In this document: positions 45,478 to 55,023 of the stretch, piece after piece
Layout of the letters: the number at the start of each line of letters is the position of its first letter
How positions within the stretch are numbered: the first letter of the stretch is position 1
Assembly (NCBI GenBank): GCA_964541455.1
Contig: CAZIPS010000001.1
Location: 1,709-65,708 of the forward strand
Direction of reading: 5' to 3'
Source of the DNA: an uncultured Candidatus Saccharibacteria bacterium
Lineage (GTDB): Bacteria; Patescibacteriota; Minisyncoccia; Phycocordibacterales; JAKFXT01
DNA length: 64,000 nucleotides
Notes under the pieces: generated by a model
Database searches by the model: none
Seen by the model: only the letters and a program-made list of their open reading frames with translations
What the model was told of the DNA's origin: nothing
Program-made: the position numbers and the translations under genes

Positions 45478-46473
45478 TTATTCGGTAATTTTCTGTGGCT
45501 TGTAATTTGCGGGGGCGTGTGCAAGATAGTTTTCCAAGTCACCACGCTTTAAGAGCCCTTTTTGTGCTCCTACTTCTTGTACCACGGACATAGAGTTAAT
45601 AGGTCCCCACATAAGCGCTTCGTCTAGACTTTTTCCAAGGGCAAGGGCTGAAGTAAGTGTTGACGCAAAGGCGTCTCCTGCACCTGTTCGCTCATAAGGG
45701 GGTTTTGGGTCTGGATAAGGTGGCATAAACCATGCTTCACTTCCATCATAAGCATAAGCGCCACGAGGTCCATCGGTAATGACAATTGTTTTTGGCCCCT
45801 CCTCACGCATGAGGCGAAGTAGCTTCCCAACATTTTTCTCCTCTGTGCCTAACATCCTTTGTGCCTCTTCGACATTGCAGAAGAAAATTTCAGTGTGTTG
45901 GTAGAGTTCACGTAATTTGGCAAATCCTAGTTTCATTTGAAAGGTGCCCGGTTGGAAGGCAAGTTTTGTTTCAGGGTGACTTTTTAGAAACTCGATGATT
46001 TCGTGGTGATAGGGAAGTGATTGTTCCCCAACTGAACTAAAGTAGAGCCATTTTGGGTTCCCTACATCAGGAAAAGAGTAGGGGTAGTCAAAATGCTTGA
46101 GAAGAATGGTGCGATCATCCTCAAACCACAATACGTAGTGGTAGTTACTTTTCATACCGTCATGAAGCGATACAAAAGAAGTATCTACACCATTTCCTTT
46201 AAGCGCGGCAATTGAATCGTTCGCAATATCATCATTACCAAGGTCGGTGACAAGGGCCGTCTTAAGTCCAAGCCGGGCTGCAGAAACTGCAGCATTTGGG
46301 CTATTCCCCACAGCACTTATAACTTCTACAAACTCATAAGGGATCTTGTCTCCAAAGCGCATGCACAATTCACAATTATCGTGGTCTACTTTGCAGTGGA
46401 CTTTGGCATCTTTAAGTCGAATAAAAGCGTCAGTTACTATGTCCCCAATAGCAACAAAATCGAAGTTTTGCAT
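45478..46473 (-). CDS. PfkB-family carbohydrate kinase (ribokinase-like)
   Basis: N-terminal FDFVAIGDIVTDAF. C-terminal anion-hole motif GAGDAFASTLTSALALG. Substrate not assignable. Confidence 0.75.
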   Translation of the reverse strand: MQNFDFVAIGDIVTDAFIRLKDAKVHCKVDHDNCELCMRFGDKIPYEFVEVISAVGNSPNAAVSAARLGLKTALVTDLGNDDIANDSIAALKGNGVDTSFVSLHDGMKSNYHYVLWFEDDRTILLKHFDYPYSFPDVGNPKWLYFSSVGEQSLPYHHEIIEFLKSHPETKLAFQPGTFQMKLGFAKLRELYQHTEIFFCNVEEAQRMLGTEEKNVGKLLRLMREEGPKTIVITDGPRGAYAYDGSEAWFMPPYPDPKPPYERTGAGDAFASTLTSALALGKSLDEALMWGPINSMSVVQEVGAQKGLLKRGDLENYLAHAPANYKPQKITE

Positions 46474-46532
46474 ATGCAGAAAATTATAACATGTGTCGCT
46501 TACGGACTTTTGGAATATGTTAATATGTAGCT

Positions 46533-47396
46533 ATGGTTAAAACACTTAAAGAGACTGTCTATGATGCGAAAGCGCGTAAGGTGGCAGTGGGGCATTTCAA
46601 TATTAGTAACTTAGAAGGATTGTGGGCCATATTCCGTGCAGGACAAAGTTTGGGCGTACCAGTTATTATCGGGGTTTCGGAAGGAGAGCGAGATTTTATC
46701 GGGATTCCACAGGTAGTAGCCTTGGTGCGAAGTATCCAGAAAGAGTTTGACTACCCCATATACCTTAACGCAGACCACACCTACTCTTTTGAGCGCGTAA
46801 AAGAAGTTATTGATGCAGGCTTTGATTCGGTTATCTTTGATGGGGCGAAACTTCCTTTTGAAGAAAATGCGCGCATTGCAAAGCAGTGTGTAGATTACGC
46901 ACGTGCCTCGGGGCGCGAGATTATGGTTGAGGCAGAGCTTGGCTATATCGGGACTTCTTCAAAGATACTTGATGACATTCCTGAAGGGGTGTCACTTGAG
47001 AATCTGACAACAGCAGAGGAAGCAAAGCGTTTTGTGGAGGAAACAGGGATTGATTTTTTTGCACCCTCGGTTGGTAATATTCATGGCATGCTTCGCAATG
47101 TAAAAGACCCTCGGTTGAACATTCCACGGACAAAAGAAATTAGTGAAGCGACTAATGTCCCCCTCGTGCTCCATGGAGGGTCGGGCACGGTGGACGAAGA
47201 TTTTGTAGGAGTTATTGAAAATGGGGTAGCGATTGTACATATAAACACTGAAATAAGAGTTGCATATCGAGACGCACTTAAGAAATTCTTAGCAGAAAAC
47301 CCCGATGAGGTAGCGCCTTATAAAATAATGAAGCCAGCTCTCGAAGCGATGCAGGAAACGGTAACTGCGCGCTTGAAGCTGTTTAATAAACTTTAA
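46533..47396 (+). CDS. fba: class II fructose/tagatose-bisphosphate aldolase
   Basis: AVGHFNISNLEG...PVIIGVSEGE...LNADHT...IHGM...LHGGSG are class II aldolase metal/phosphate-binding blocks. Confidence 0.8.
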   Translation: MVKTLKETVYDAKARKVAVGHFNISNLEGLWAIFRAGQSLGVPVIIGVSEGERDFIGIPQVVALVRSIQKEFDYPIYLNADHTYSFERVKEVIDAGFDSVIFDGAKLPFEENARIAKQCVDYARASGREIMVEAELGYIGTSSKILDDIPEGVSLENLTTAEEAKRFVEETGIDFFAPSVGNIHGMLRNVKDPRLNIPRTKEISEATNVPLVLHGGSGTVDEDFVGVIENGVAIVHINTEIRVAYRDALKKFLAENPDEVAPYKIMKPALEAMQETVTARLKLFNKL

Positions 47397-47401
47397 GATG
47401 T

Positions 47402-47698
47402 ATGGAAGGTGCTCCTAAAAACGAAACAGCCCCTGCTGAAATTACTTTTTGGGCAAAAATGATGGTTGCGGATTTAAAAAGCGATATTAATCACCTTTAT
47501 GAAAATGGCTCGTTTGAGTTTTTGCCAAAGGAACCATTTCTTCAAGCGACAAACCCAACTCTTTTAAAGGAGGCGCTTGAAAAAGAGCTGCATACAGCGA
47601 TACCTGAGGAGGGATTTGTGGTGACTATTCTCACTAATCCCGAAAATCCTTCGGAAAAAGCCTTTAGAATAACAAAAATCATTGATACCGTTGTTTAG
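47402..47698 (+). CDS. hypothetical protein
   Basis: 98-aa ORF. No motif. Confidence 0.3.
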   Translation: MEGAPKNETAPAEITFWAKMMVADLKSDINHLYENGSFEFLPKEPFLQATNPTLLKEALEKELHTAIPEEGFVVTILTNPENPSEKAFRITKIIDTVV

Positions 47699-47758
47699 GG
47701 GATGGGGGTGAAGAGGGTGGTTGCCAACTTCTATTTTTTCAGTATAATGGCCCCTATT

Positions 47759-48409
47759 ATGTCAGAGAACGAACTTACATTAGCTTTTACTCCTCGTGAG
47801 GTATTAGGGAAAACAAGCAAGCGCCTCCCTGCGGAGAGTATGGCGGCTGTTTTTTATGGCCATAAGGAAGCCTCAACACCTATTGTGGTAGCAAAGGCTG
47901 ATTTTAAAAAGGTATTTAAAAAAGCGGGTGAATCAACTGTAGTAACCCTTACTCACGATGGTAAAAAAATCGAGGCACTTATTCGTGAGGTAGATGTTGA
48001 CCCAATAAAGGGTGAACTCCGTCACGCTGATTTCTATGTGCTTGAAAAAGGAAAGAAGGTGCAGATTGATGTGCCACTTGAGTTTACAGGGGATGCTCCT
48101 GCAGTAAAACTTGGCGGTATTGTGGTTAAAGTACTCCATGAAATAAAGGTTGAGGCTGATCCTAAGCACTTGCCTCACGAGATTACAGTAGACATTGGAG
48201 CTCTCACCGCACTTGATAGCCATATCACCGTTAAGGAACTTAAGCTCCCTTCAGGGGTAGTTGCTATTGAAGGAGCAGATGAAATTGTTGCTTCAATTAC
48301 CGTTGCTAAGGAAGAGGTTGAAGCAGCTCCTATTGACCTCTCAGCAATTGAGGTAGAAAAGAAGGGTAAGAAGGAAGAAGCTTCTAGTGGCGAGGTAGAA
48401 GAAGCGTAG
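47759..48409 (+). CDS. rplY: 50S ribosomal protein L25 / general stress protein Ctc (long form)
   Basis: L25 beta-barrel (LAFTPREVLGK...AAVFYGH...) plus Ctc-type C-terminal domain. The track ORF begins at 47702, but a TATAAT box at 47741-47746 lies inside it, so the Met at 47747 or 47759 is more plausible. Confidence 0.75.
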   Translation: MSENELTLAFTPREVLGKTSKRLPAESMAAVFYGHKEASTPIVVAKADFKKVFKKAGESTVVTLTHDGKKIEALIREVDVDPIKGELRHADFYVLEKGKKVQIDVPLEFTGDAPAVKLGGIVVKVLHEIKVEADPKHLPHEITVDIGALTALDSHITVKELKLPSGVVAIEGADEIVASITVAKEEVEAAPIDLSAIEVEKKGKKEEASSGEVEEA

Positions 48410-48435
48410 GTCTCCATTTCTAAAAATGATACAAT

Positions 48436-48466
48436 AATACGGCAGCGATGCCGTATTTTGTTTTTG
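48436..48466 (+). terminator. rho-independent terminator after rplY
   Basis: aatacggca-gcga-tgccgtatt stem with GNRA-like loop, followed by ttgtttttg. Confidence 0.7.
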
Positions 48467-48506
48467 TACACCGCTCTCTCTAGCTGCTAATCATTTTTAG
48501 TACATA

Positions 48507-49814
48507 ATGCGCACGTTTTTCACAATAATCTTAGTTGCTCTAGGAGCATTTCTTTTGTCCCCCTTTCTGCTATCCGCGGCAACCGTACCTACTGCCCCCC
48601 TTTCGGCTGACAGGAGAGCAGAGCTTACTAAGCAGTTGGCAGACGTTGAGACGCAGATAGCACAACAACAAAAAATCCTTGAAGACAGGCAAAAGGAATC
48701 AGAGTCCTTGGCGGGGGATATTGCCATCCTTGATGCAAAAATAAGACAGGCAAAACTTTCTATAAAAGCTAGAAACCTCACCATTGAGCAGCTTACTGAC
48801 GATATTGGAGTTAAGAAAAAAACTATCGGTGTACTGTCGGACAAACTTGATAAGGAGAAGGAATCTTTGGGGCAAATTTTGCGTAAAACCCAAGAGTTAG
48901 ACGATTTTTCATTAGTGGAACTTATGTTGGTAAACAAAAGAAGTTTGGCCAACTTTTTCTCAGATGCTAACTCTTACACTGCGATCAAAGATTCGCTCCA
49001 AACATCGGTTGGGGTAGTGAGTGACACAAAAGATCAAACAGAAGAAGAAAAACAAACTTTAGAAGATAAACGTAGTGAACAAACAGAACTTCTCCATCTT
49101 CAGCAGTTGGAGCAGGCAAAAATTGTGCAACAAGAAAAGGAGAAAAGTAATATTTTAAAAGTGTCGAAAGGACTTGAGAAGCAGTATCAGTTAGTGCTTG
49201 CTCAACAGAAGCTCACCGCAGCACAAATTAAAAAAGAACTTTTCCAACTTCAGGGATCAGCAGCTATTTCTTTTGAGGTGGCGTACACCTACGCCAAAGA
49301 AGTGGGGAGTAAGGTGGGTATCAGACCAGCATTTCTCCTAGGGATTATTGCTGAAGAGTCTAACTTGGGGCAAAACGTGGGAACGGGGAATTGGAATGTT
49401 GATATGCACCCAACTAGGGACAAACCGATTTTCGAACAGATTTGTAAAGACTTGGGGCTTGATCCGGATCAAATGCCAGTTTCCAAGAAAGCTTGGTACG
49501 GTTATGGAGGAGCTATGGGGCCAGCACAGTTCATACCTTCTACGTGGGTGCTCTACGAAGATCGCATTACTGCCATTACGGGGAATAAACCGCCGAATCC
49601 TTGGGATCCTCGCGATGCGTTCTATGCATCGGCTCTTCTTCTCACGGACAATGGCGCGAAAAATGGGGTACGTTCAACTGAACGTTTGGCAGCCCTTCGG
49701 TATCTTGCGGGGTGGAAAAATGCCACCAAGTCGGCGTATGCTTTCTATGGTAATGAAGTAATGGATTTGGCAGACAAATTCCAAAGCCAAATCGATGTTT
49801 TGGAGGGGAGGTAG
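48507..49814 (+). CDS. secreted coiled-coil protein with C-terminal lytic-transglycosylase (SLT)-like domain
   Basis: Signal peptide MRTFFTIILVALGAFLLSPFLLSAA. About 250 aa of coiled coil. C-terminal IAEESNLGQ...YGGAMGPAQFIPSTW resembles the SLT E-S...GLMQ-F-P-T-W catalytic motifs. Confidence 0.5.
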   Translation: MRTFFTIILVALGAFLLSPFLLSAATVPTAPLSADRRAELTKQLADVETQIAQQQKILEDRQKESESLAGDIAILDAKIRQAKLSIKARNLTIEQLTDDIGVKKKTIGVLSDKLDKEKESLGQILRKTQELDDFSLVELMLVNKRSLANFFSDANSYTAIKDSLQTSVGVVSDTKDQTEEEKQTLEDKRSEQTELLHLQQLEQAKIVQQEKEKSNILKVSKGLEKQYQLVLAQQKLTAAQIKKELFQLQGSAAISFEVAYTYAKEVGSKVGIRPAFLLGIIAEESNLGQNVGTGNWNVDMHPTRDKPIFEQICKDLGLDPDQMPVSKKAWYGYGGAMGPAQFIPSTWVLYEDRITAITGNKPPNPWDPRDAFYASALLLTDNGAKNGVRSTERLAALRYLAGWKNATKSAYAFYGNEVMDLADKFQSQIDVLEGR

Positions 49815-49879
49815 TATAGAAAGAGGTCCCTTGCAAGAGCGGTTTTTTCTGGTATAGTACGTGTCTAAAACAACGAATT

Positions 49880-50107
49880 ATGAAAGCAGAGATACACCCA
49901 GAATTTTTTGAAAAAACGACCGCCACTTGTGCTTGTGGGGCTACTTTTACTGTGGGTTCAACGGTAAAGGATATTAAGGTTGAAATCTGCAGTTCTTGCC
50001 ATCCTTTTTACACTGGTACTGATAAGGTACTTGATACTGCCGGACGTGTAGAGCGCTTTAAGACACGCGCCGCTGCTGCAAAAAAGATCGAGAAGAAGTC
50101 AAAGTAA
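49880..50107 (+). CDS. rpmE: 50S ribosomal protein L31
   Basis: MKAEIHPEF...CACGATF...[10 protein letters not shown] is a zinc-ribbon type A L31. Confidence 0.85.
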   Translation: MKAEIHPEFFEKTTATCACGATFTVGSTVKDIKVEICSSCHPFYTGTDKVLDTAGRVERFKTRAAAAKKIEKKSK

Positions 50108-50116
50108 GGAGCGAGG

Positions 50117-50150
50117 AAAAACCCGGTGGCTCAAGGCAACGGGTTTTTTC
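50117..50150 (+). terminator. putative intrinsic terminator after rpmE
   Basis: aaaaacccg-(14-nt loop)-cgggtttttt. Short stem, so moderate confidence. Confidence 0.45.
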
Positions 50151-50168
50151 TTTGCTACACTGATAGCT

Positions 50169-51146
50169 ATGGACCAAGAAACACTTAAAAAATTTAAAGA
50201 AAATCCTAAAACTACGTATTTGGCGGAGCACTATATGAAGCTGCTCGCTGAAGAAGAAGAGGTGAAAGGCATGGTAAGTAGTGATCCAGCTCTTGCCCTT
50301 ATGGCAGAAGACGACCTTAAGCGCCTAAAAGAAGAATTAGCGGCGATACAAACACAAATGGAGATGATTGTAAAAGAGGAAGCGGCAGAGCAAACGTTTC
50401 CAAATGAAATTATTCTTGAGGTGCGCGCGGCAGCCGGCGGAGAAGAAGCGGCACTCTTTGCGGAAGAATTAGCGCGTATGTATCAACATTATGCTGAAAT
50501 ACGCGGATGGCAGACGCGTACAATCGATGAATCAAAAAGCCCACTTGGCGGGTATAAAGAAGCGGTGTTTGAAATAACGGGGCGAGGGGTATATGAAGAT
50601 CTTCGTTTTGAAACGGGAGTACATCGGGTACAGCGTATTCCGGGTACCGAAAAAAATGGGCGTATACACACTTCTACCGCTTCAGTAGTAATCCTTCCTA
50701 TTCCTAAGAAATCACTTATTCAAATAAACCCCGCAGATATTGAAATGGAATTTTCGCGTTCAGGCGGTGCAGGGGGGCAAAATGTAAACAAAGTTGAAAC
50801 AGCCGTACGACTTATTCACACACCAACAGGGATTGATGCACGTTCGACTTCAGAGCGTAGTCAACTTAAAAACCGCGAAAAGGCTATGGCGATACTTTCA
50901 GCTAAACTTCAAATGGCAAAAGATGCGGAAGATGCCCTAGCGATTTCTGCTGATCGTAAAAGTCAGGTGGGAACAGGGGATCGTTCAGAAAAGATCCGAA
51001 CCTATAATTTCCCTCAAGACCGTATCACCGATCATCGTATTAGGGAGTCGTGGCACAATCTCCCAAAGATTATGTCGGGTGAACTGGATACTATTGTTGA
51101 GGCATTAAAAACAAAGGAGCATGGGGATTCTGATTTTGACGAATAA
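50169..51146 (+). CDS. prfA: peptide chain release factor 1
   Basis: GGQ motif [24 protein letters not shown]. Stop-recognition tripeptide PGT (RF1-type PxT, not the SPF of RF2). Confidence 0.85.
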   Translation: MDQETLKKFKENPKTTYLAEHYMKLLAEEEEVKGMVSSDPALALMAEDDLKRLKEELAAIQTQMEMIVKEEAAEQTFPNEIILEVRAAAGGEEAALFAEELARMYQHYAEIRGWQTRTIDESKSPLGGYKEAVFEITGRGVYEDLRFETGVHRVQRIPGTEKNGRIHTSTASVVILPIPKKSLIQINPADIEMEFSRSGGAGGQNVNKVETAVRLIHTPTGIDARSTSERSQLKNREKAMAILSAKLQMAKDAEDALAISADRKSQVGTGDRSEKIRTYNFPQDRITDHRIRESWHNLPKIMSGELDTIVEALKTKEHGDSDFDE

Positions 51147-51164
51147 AGGGCTATACTATTTGTA

Positions 51165-51896
51165 ATGCCTTTTTTAAAACAGCATCCAAAAGGATTTAAG
51201 GTGCTTCTGCTCATTGTCGCTGCACTACTATTAAGTCTCTACCTTTTTTTGCATAACGCCGGAGCCCTGTTTTCTACTGGAAATTTTTTCTTTGGGGGAC
51301 GTTTTTATGATTTAAACAAGGCAATGTTTTTCTACGATTTGGCATTGAAACAAAACCCAAGTCAGAGTGGGGTGCATTACCAAATGGGGCGTATTTACTT
51401 TTTGAATGCTGATTTTGATAGTGCGATTGAGGAAATAAATAAAGAAATTGCACTTTACCCCGATTTTAAACGTTCATATTATATTCGTGGCTTAGTGTAT
51501 GGGTATCAGAAAGATTTTAAAAAAGCTGAGGCAGACTTCCTCACGTTTTTGGCTTGGAAGCCCGACAGCTGGGCGGGGCATAACGATCTCTCGTGGGTGT
51601 ATTTTCAAGAGGGGGATTTTGTTAATGCTGCAAAATACGCCAAAGAAGGGCTGGTACAGAACCCAGATAATCCATGGCTTTTAAATTCGTTAGGCATAGC
51701 TTTGTTAAATCAAAAAAAGTATAAGGAAGCGGAAGAAGCGCTTTCTAGGGGATTGAGTATTTTTAAAACATTACCACCTGAAGTGTGGGGAAGGGCGTAT
51801 CCAGGGAATAACAGTCAAATTTATGATGAAGGGTATAATGCGACCCTAAAGGTAATTGAGAAAAATCTAGCACTGGCCAAGAAAGCTGGAAATTAA
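51165..51896 (+). CDS. membrane-anchored TPR-repeat protein
   Basis: N-terminal TM helix, then about 5 TPR-like repeats (YQMGRIYFLNADFDSAIEEINKEIALYPD..., NSLGIALLNQKKYKEAEEALSRG). Confidence 0.55.
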   Translation: MPFLKQHPKGFKVLLLIVAALLLSLYLFLHNAGALFSTGNFFFGGRFYDLNKAMFFYDLALKQNPSQSGVHYQMGRIYFLNADFDSAIEEINKEIALYPDFKRSYYIRGLVYGYQKDFKKAEADFLTFLAWKPDSWAGHNDLSWVYFQEGDFVNAAKYAKEGLVQNPDNPWLLNSLGIALLNQKKYKEAEEALSRGLSIFKTLPPEVWGRAYPGNNSQIYDEGYNATLKVIEKNLALAKKAGN

Positions 51897-51962
51897 TAGT
51901 GGATAACGGCCTAGGGCGTTTCTTTCTATGTTATTATTAACAACATAGGCTTACTATGCAGT

Positions 51963-53006
51963 ATGAATAAAAGATTTTTTTTGCTAGGCATACCACTCCT
52001 CTTCTCCTTCTTATTTATTGTTGATATGTATGTGGGGGAAACTCGCTCGCCTGGTACTTCTTCAGAGGTTGCTTTCAGCTCATTTTCTCCAGTGGGCGAG
52101 GGAGGAGGTAGTTCGCTTCCTGCATCATGTGAATCGAATTACCAGCACGACGCCTCTGATTGTACGGTTTCTGTAAGTGCAAGTCCGAATCCTATTACTA
52201 CACCTGGAGGGGACACCACAAAACTTTCATGGACGTTTAACCAATATGGACCTAGTACAGGATATATGACAAGTTATCTTGCTGGTGGGTGGTACTGGGA
52301 CCAATTTATGTCACCTTATTCTTGCACAATTACAGGCCCTGGAGGAAAAACAGTATTTATGAACGGGGCAGTTACGGGTAGTATGGATACCCCAGTTTTG
52401 ACGGATGATACTACATACCAAGTTACTTGCCGATCACTTGAGAATGCTCCACATCCTCAATACAACTATTACGATTATCCTTCTGGACCATACACTGTTC
52501 GTGTTTCTGTACCAAAGCAGTGTTCTTGTAATTCAGTACCTAATAGTTGTGGTATGACTAACCCAGGACTCATTAGGTGTGGTAGCACTGCAGCCTGTCC
52601 AGTACCTGCTCCAAATGATAATGTATGCGCGAATCCTGCCATCTCGATTGGTCTTCCAGGTGGAACCCCCGTAACGACTGGCGGCCCAACGGGAGGCACT
52701 CCTTCTGGGGGAGGTACTCCAACAACAGGAACTACTCCTACTGACCCTCCCGTATATGATCAAACAGTACCTAAAGGTGGAACGTGTACTATACAGTGGG
52801 ACGCCGCTCCAGCCACCAAATGTAGGATTACGGGCCCTGGAGTAAGTCAGAATGTAGGAGTGTCGGGGACTTTCACGACTCCAAGAATAGGGGTAGATAC
52901 TGTAGGATCGGCAATGTTTACTCTCACTTGCTACAATGGAAATACCGTTGCTTCATATGCAAACTTCGCCTGCCGCCTCCCTGCAATTATTAAGGAAACT
53001 AACTAG
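51963..53006 (+). CDS. secreted Cys/Thr/Gly/Pro-rich hypothetical protein
   Basis: Signal/anchor MNKRFFLLGIPLLFSFLFIV. At least 14 Cys. Low-complexity linker TGGPTGGTPSGGGTPTTGTTPTDPP. Two C/T-rich modules. Confidence 0.45.
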   Translation: MNKRFFLLGIPLLFSFLFIVDMYVGETRSPGTSSEVAFSSFSPVGEGGGSSLPASCESNYQHDASDCTVSVSASPNPITTPGGDTTKLSWTFNQYGPSTGYMTSYLAGGWYWDQFMSPYSCTITGPGGKTVFMNGAVTGSMDTPVLTDDTTYQVTCRSLENAPHPQYNYYDYPSGPYTVRVSVPKQCSCNSVPNSCGMTNPGLIRCGSTAACPVPAPNDNVCANPAISIGLPGGTPVTTGGPTGGTPSGGGTPTTGTTPTDPPVYDQTVPKGGTCTIQWDAAPATKCRITGPGVSQNVGVSGTFTTPRIGVDTVGSAMFTLTCYNGNTVASYANFACRLPAIIKETN

Positions 53007-53107
53007 TTTGTAGGTCTAAAGCAATCCGTTTTTAGATAAGAATGGGTTGTTTTTACCCCCTGTTGCCTTACAGGAGACTTTCTGCTAAAGTACTGGGGTT
53101 ATATCTT

Positions 53108-53821
53108 ATGGAACAAAAGACTAATTCAAATCCACTTGTCGAAGCCCTTTTTAAGGCAGGGGCTCATTTTGCCTACGGTAAAACCCGCCGTCACCCTTCA
53201 GTATCTCCTTTCATTTTTGGTGCTAAAAACAGAGTTGAAATTTTTGATCTCGAAGCAACTTCAACCGCCTTTGCTGTAGCTGCTGATGTAGTGCGCACTC
53301 TTGGTAAAGAAGGGAAAATGATTCTTTTTGTGGGTGGTAAAAGTGAGGCCCGCGAAACAGTGGCAAGTGAAGCAGGTAAGGCTTCTCAGCCATATGTAGC
53401 AGGGCGATTCATTGGGGGAACGCTTACTAATTTTCCTCAGATTCGAAAGCGTATTGAAAAACTCGAACAGCTTCTTGCTGAAAAAGAGGGCGGGGAACTT
53501 AATCGCTATACAAAAAAGGAGCGCCTACTTATCGATCGTGATATTGCTCGTCTTACTAAAGACTTTGGGGGGATTGTCTCAATGAAGCATTTACCAGCGG
53601 CAGTAGTAGTTGTTGACCCTAAACGTGAGTATAATGTGGTGCGTGAGGCAACTCAGCTTAAGATTCCAGTTATTGCACTTCTTAACTCTGACTGTAATTT
53701 AAAGGAAGTAACGTATCCTGTTCCAGGAAATGATTCCTTGAAGAGCAGTATCGCCTTTTTCCTTAAGGAGATGGCAGAAGCTTATCTTGAGGGTAAGAAA
53801 GCAGGTACTGCCGCTCTCTAA
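53108..53821 (+). CDS. rpsB: 30S ribosomal protein S2
   Basis: LFKAGAHFAYGKTRRHPSVSPFIFGAKNRVEIFDLE...ILFVGGK...VVVVDPKREYNVVREA. The track ORF starts at 53042, but the Met at 53108 gives the canonical N-terminus. Confidence 0.9.
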   Translation: MEQKTNSNPLVEALFKAGAHFAYGKTRRHPSVSPFIFGAKNRVEIFDLEATSTAFAVAADVVRTLGKEGKMILFVGGKSEARETVASEAGKASQPYVAGRFIGGTLTNFPQIRKRIEKLEQLLAEKEGGELNRYTKKERLLIDRDIARLTKDFGGIVSMKHLPAAVVVVDPKREYNVVREATQLKIPVIALLNSDCNLKEVTYPVPGNDSLKSSIAFFLKEMAEAYLEGKKAGTAAL

Positions 53822-53878
53822 TCCTTTTAGGAGAAATAGTTTTATAATTATTGGACGTTGTTTGTAATGTTTTGATAT

Positions 53879-54457
53879 ATGATCACCACAGAATTGATAA
53901 AAGAATTACGTGATAAGACCGGAGTTTCTATTATGCAGTGTAAAAAGGCACTTGAAGAAACAAATGGAGACATGGATAAGGCACTTATTGTGCTACATAA
54001 AAAAAGTGGTGAAATTGCAGCAAAGAAAGGAGATCGAGATCTAGGTTCTGGAGCAGTAGGTATGTACCTTCACGCTTCAGGCACTGTGGGGTCAATGATT
54101 TTATTACAAAGCGAAACAGATTTCGTTTCAAAAAATGAGGAGTTTCGTACCCTCGCACGTGATATTGCTATGCATGTTGCTGCAACCGCTCCTACATATC
54201 TAAAAAATGCTGATATTCCAGATGATGCTAAAGCAACAGCACGTGAGGTGTTTGCGAAGGAGGCGGAAGGAAAGCCGGCTGACATGATCGAGAAGATTAT
54301 AGAAGGAAAGATGCAAGCTTATTTTAAGGAGAAGGTGTTACTTGAGCAGTCTTTTATTAAAAACCCTGAAGTTACTATTCAAGGCTTAATCGACCAAGCG
54401 GTACAGAAATTCGGTGAGCGTGTAGAAGTTGCACAATTTGTGCGATTCTCTGCCTAA
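53879..54457 (+). CDS. tsf: elongation factor Ts (short form)
   Basis: N-terminal UBA-like ITTELIKELRDKTGVSIMQCKKALEETNGDMDKA. Dimerisation core. Confidence 0.85.
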   Translation: MITTELIKELRDKTGVSIMQCKKALEETNGDMDKALIVLHKKSGEIAAKKGDRDLGSGAVGMYLHASGTVGSMILLQSETDFVSKNEEFRTLARDIAMHVAATAPTYLKNADIPDDAKATAREVFAKEAEGKPADMIEKIIEGKMQAYFKEKVLLEQSFIKNPEVTIQGLIDQAVQKFGERVEVAQFVRFSA

Positions 54458-54463
54458 ACTGCC

Positions 54464-54892
54464 ATGGTAGTTACCTACCTTTTCTTTGTTTCGCTCCTCG
54501 GTATCATTGTACTCCTTTCACTTAAGGTGTGGGAATTGAAGCGAGGATCAAAACCTTTTTCTCTTTTTCGGTATAAACTTGACCTTGTCATGAGGCGATA
54601 TACTGATAGGCTTAAGCACTACGCTTCTTTTTTAAATACCAAAGCATTGCGCCTTGTTCTGGCCTATGTGGTAGCGCGTGTAAGTCAGGGGGTGAGTAAT
54701 ACAGTGGTTAAACTTAAGAACACCACCTTTTTTAAAAAGGTACGGGGTAAGATTATTCCAGATAGTCATAATTCTCCTGTTTCGGCATTTCTTCGTGATG
54801 TTGCAGAGTTTAAAAGCGCTGCAGCTGGAGAAAAGCCCGCCGTACTTGAGGAGGAGTTGAATAAAGTTCAAAAAGATAGTACAAATAGCTAA
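54464..54892 (+). CDS. hypothetical protein with N-terminal TM helix
   Basis: 142-aa ORF. No motif. Confidence 0.3.
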   Translation: MVVTYLFFVSLLGIIVLLSLKVWELKRGSKPFSLFRYKLDLVMRRYTDRLKHYASFLNTKALRLVLAYVVARVSQGVSNTVVKLKNTTFFKKVRGKIIPDSHNSPVSAFLRDVAEFKSAAAGEKPAVLEEELNKVQKDSTNS

Positions 54893-54894
54893 TT

Positions 54895-54967
54895 GCCACC
54901 TTAGCTCAGTTGGTAGAGCAACTCACTTGTAATGAGTAGGTCCCCAGTTCAAGCCTGGGAGGTGGCT
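54895..54967 (+). tRNA. tRNA-Thr (anticodon UGU)
   Basis: Cloverleaf: acceptor gccacct/aggtggc, D-arm gctc-agttggtag-agc, anticodon arm actca-cTTGTAa-tgagt (anticodon TGT), T-arm cccag-ttcaagc-ctggg. No encoded CCA. Confidence 0.8.
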
Positions 54968-54977
54968 CAGAAATTTA

Positions 54978-55019
54978 TATAAGTGTACCATTTGTAGGCC
55001 TGCAAATGGTACACTTATA
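54978..55019. repeat. perfect 17-bp inverted repeat (8-bp spacer) between tRNA-Thr and the HNH gene
   Basis: tataagtgtaccatttg-taggcctg-caaatggtacacttata. No adjacent U-run, so not a canonical terminator. Overlaps the first in-frame ATG (55006) of the HNH ORF. Confidence 0.7.
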
Positions 55020-55023
55020 CCAT

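Noticed and set aside
47702-47758. N-terminal extension of rplY from 47702 (MGVKRVVANFYFFSI...)
   Set aside because: It contains a TATAAT box (47741-47746). The conserved L25 fold begins after the Met at 47747/47759, so the extension is probably promoter rather than coding.
49815-49879. Possible terminator hairpin after the SLT-domain gene (ggtcccttgcaagagcgg + T-run)
   Set aside because: The arms are not complementary, so no stable stem.
55006-55023. HNH ORF start at 55006 (MVHLYH...)
   Set aside because: This ATG lies inside the right arm of the 17-bp palindrome. The downstream ATG at 55024 (MNKCISC) is more likely, though not certain.
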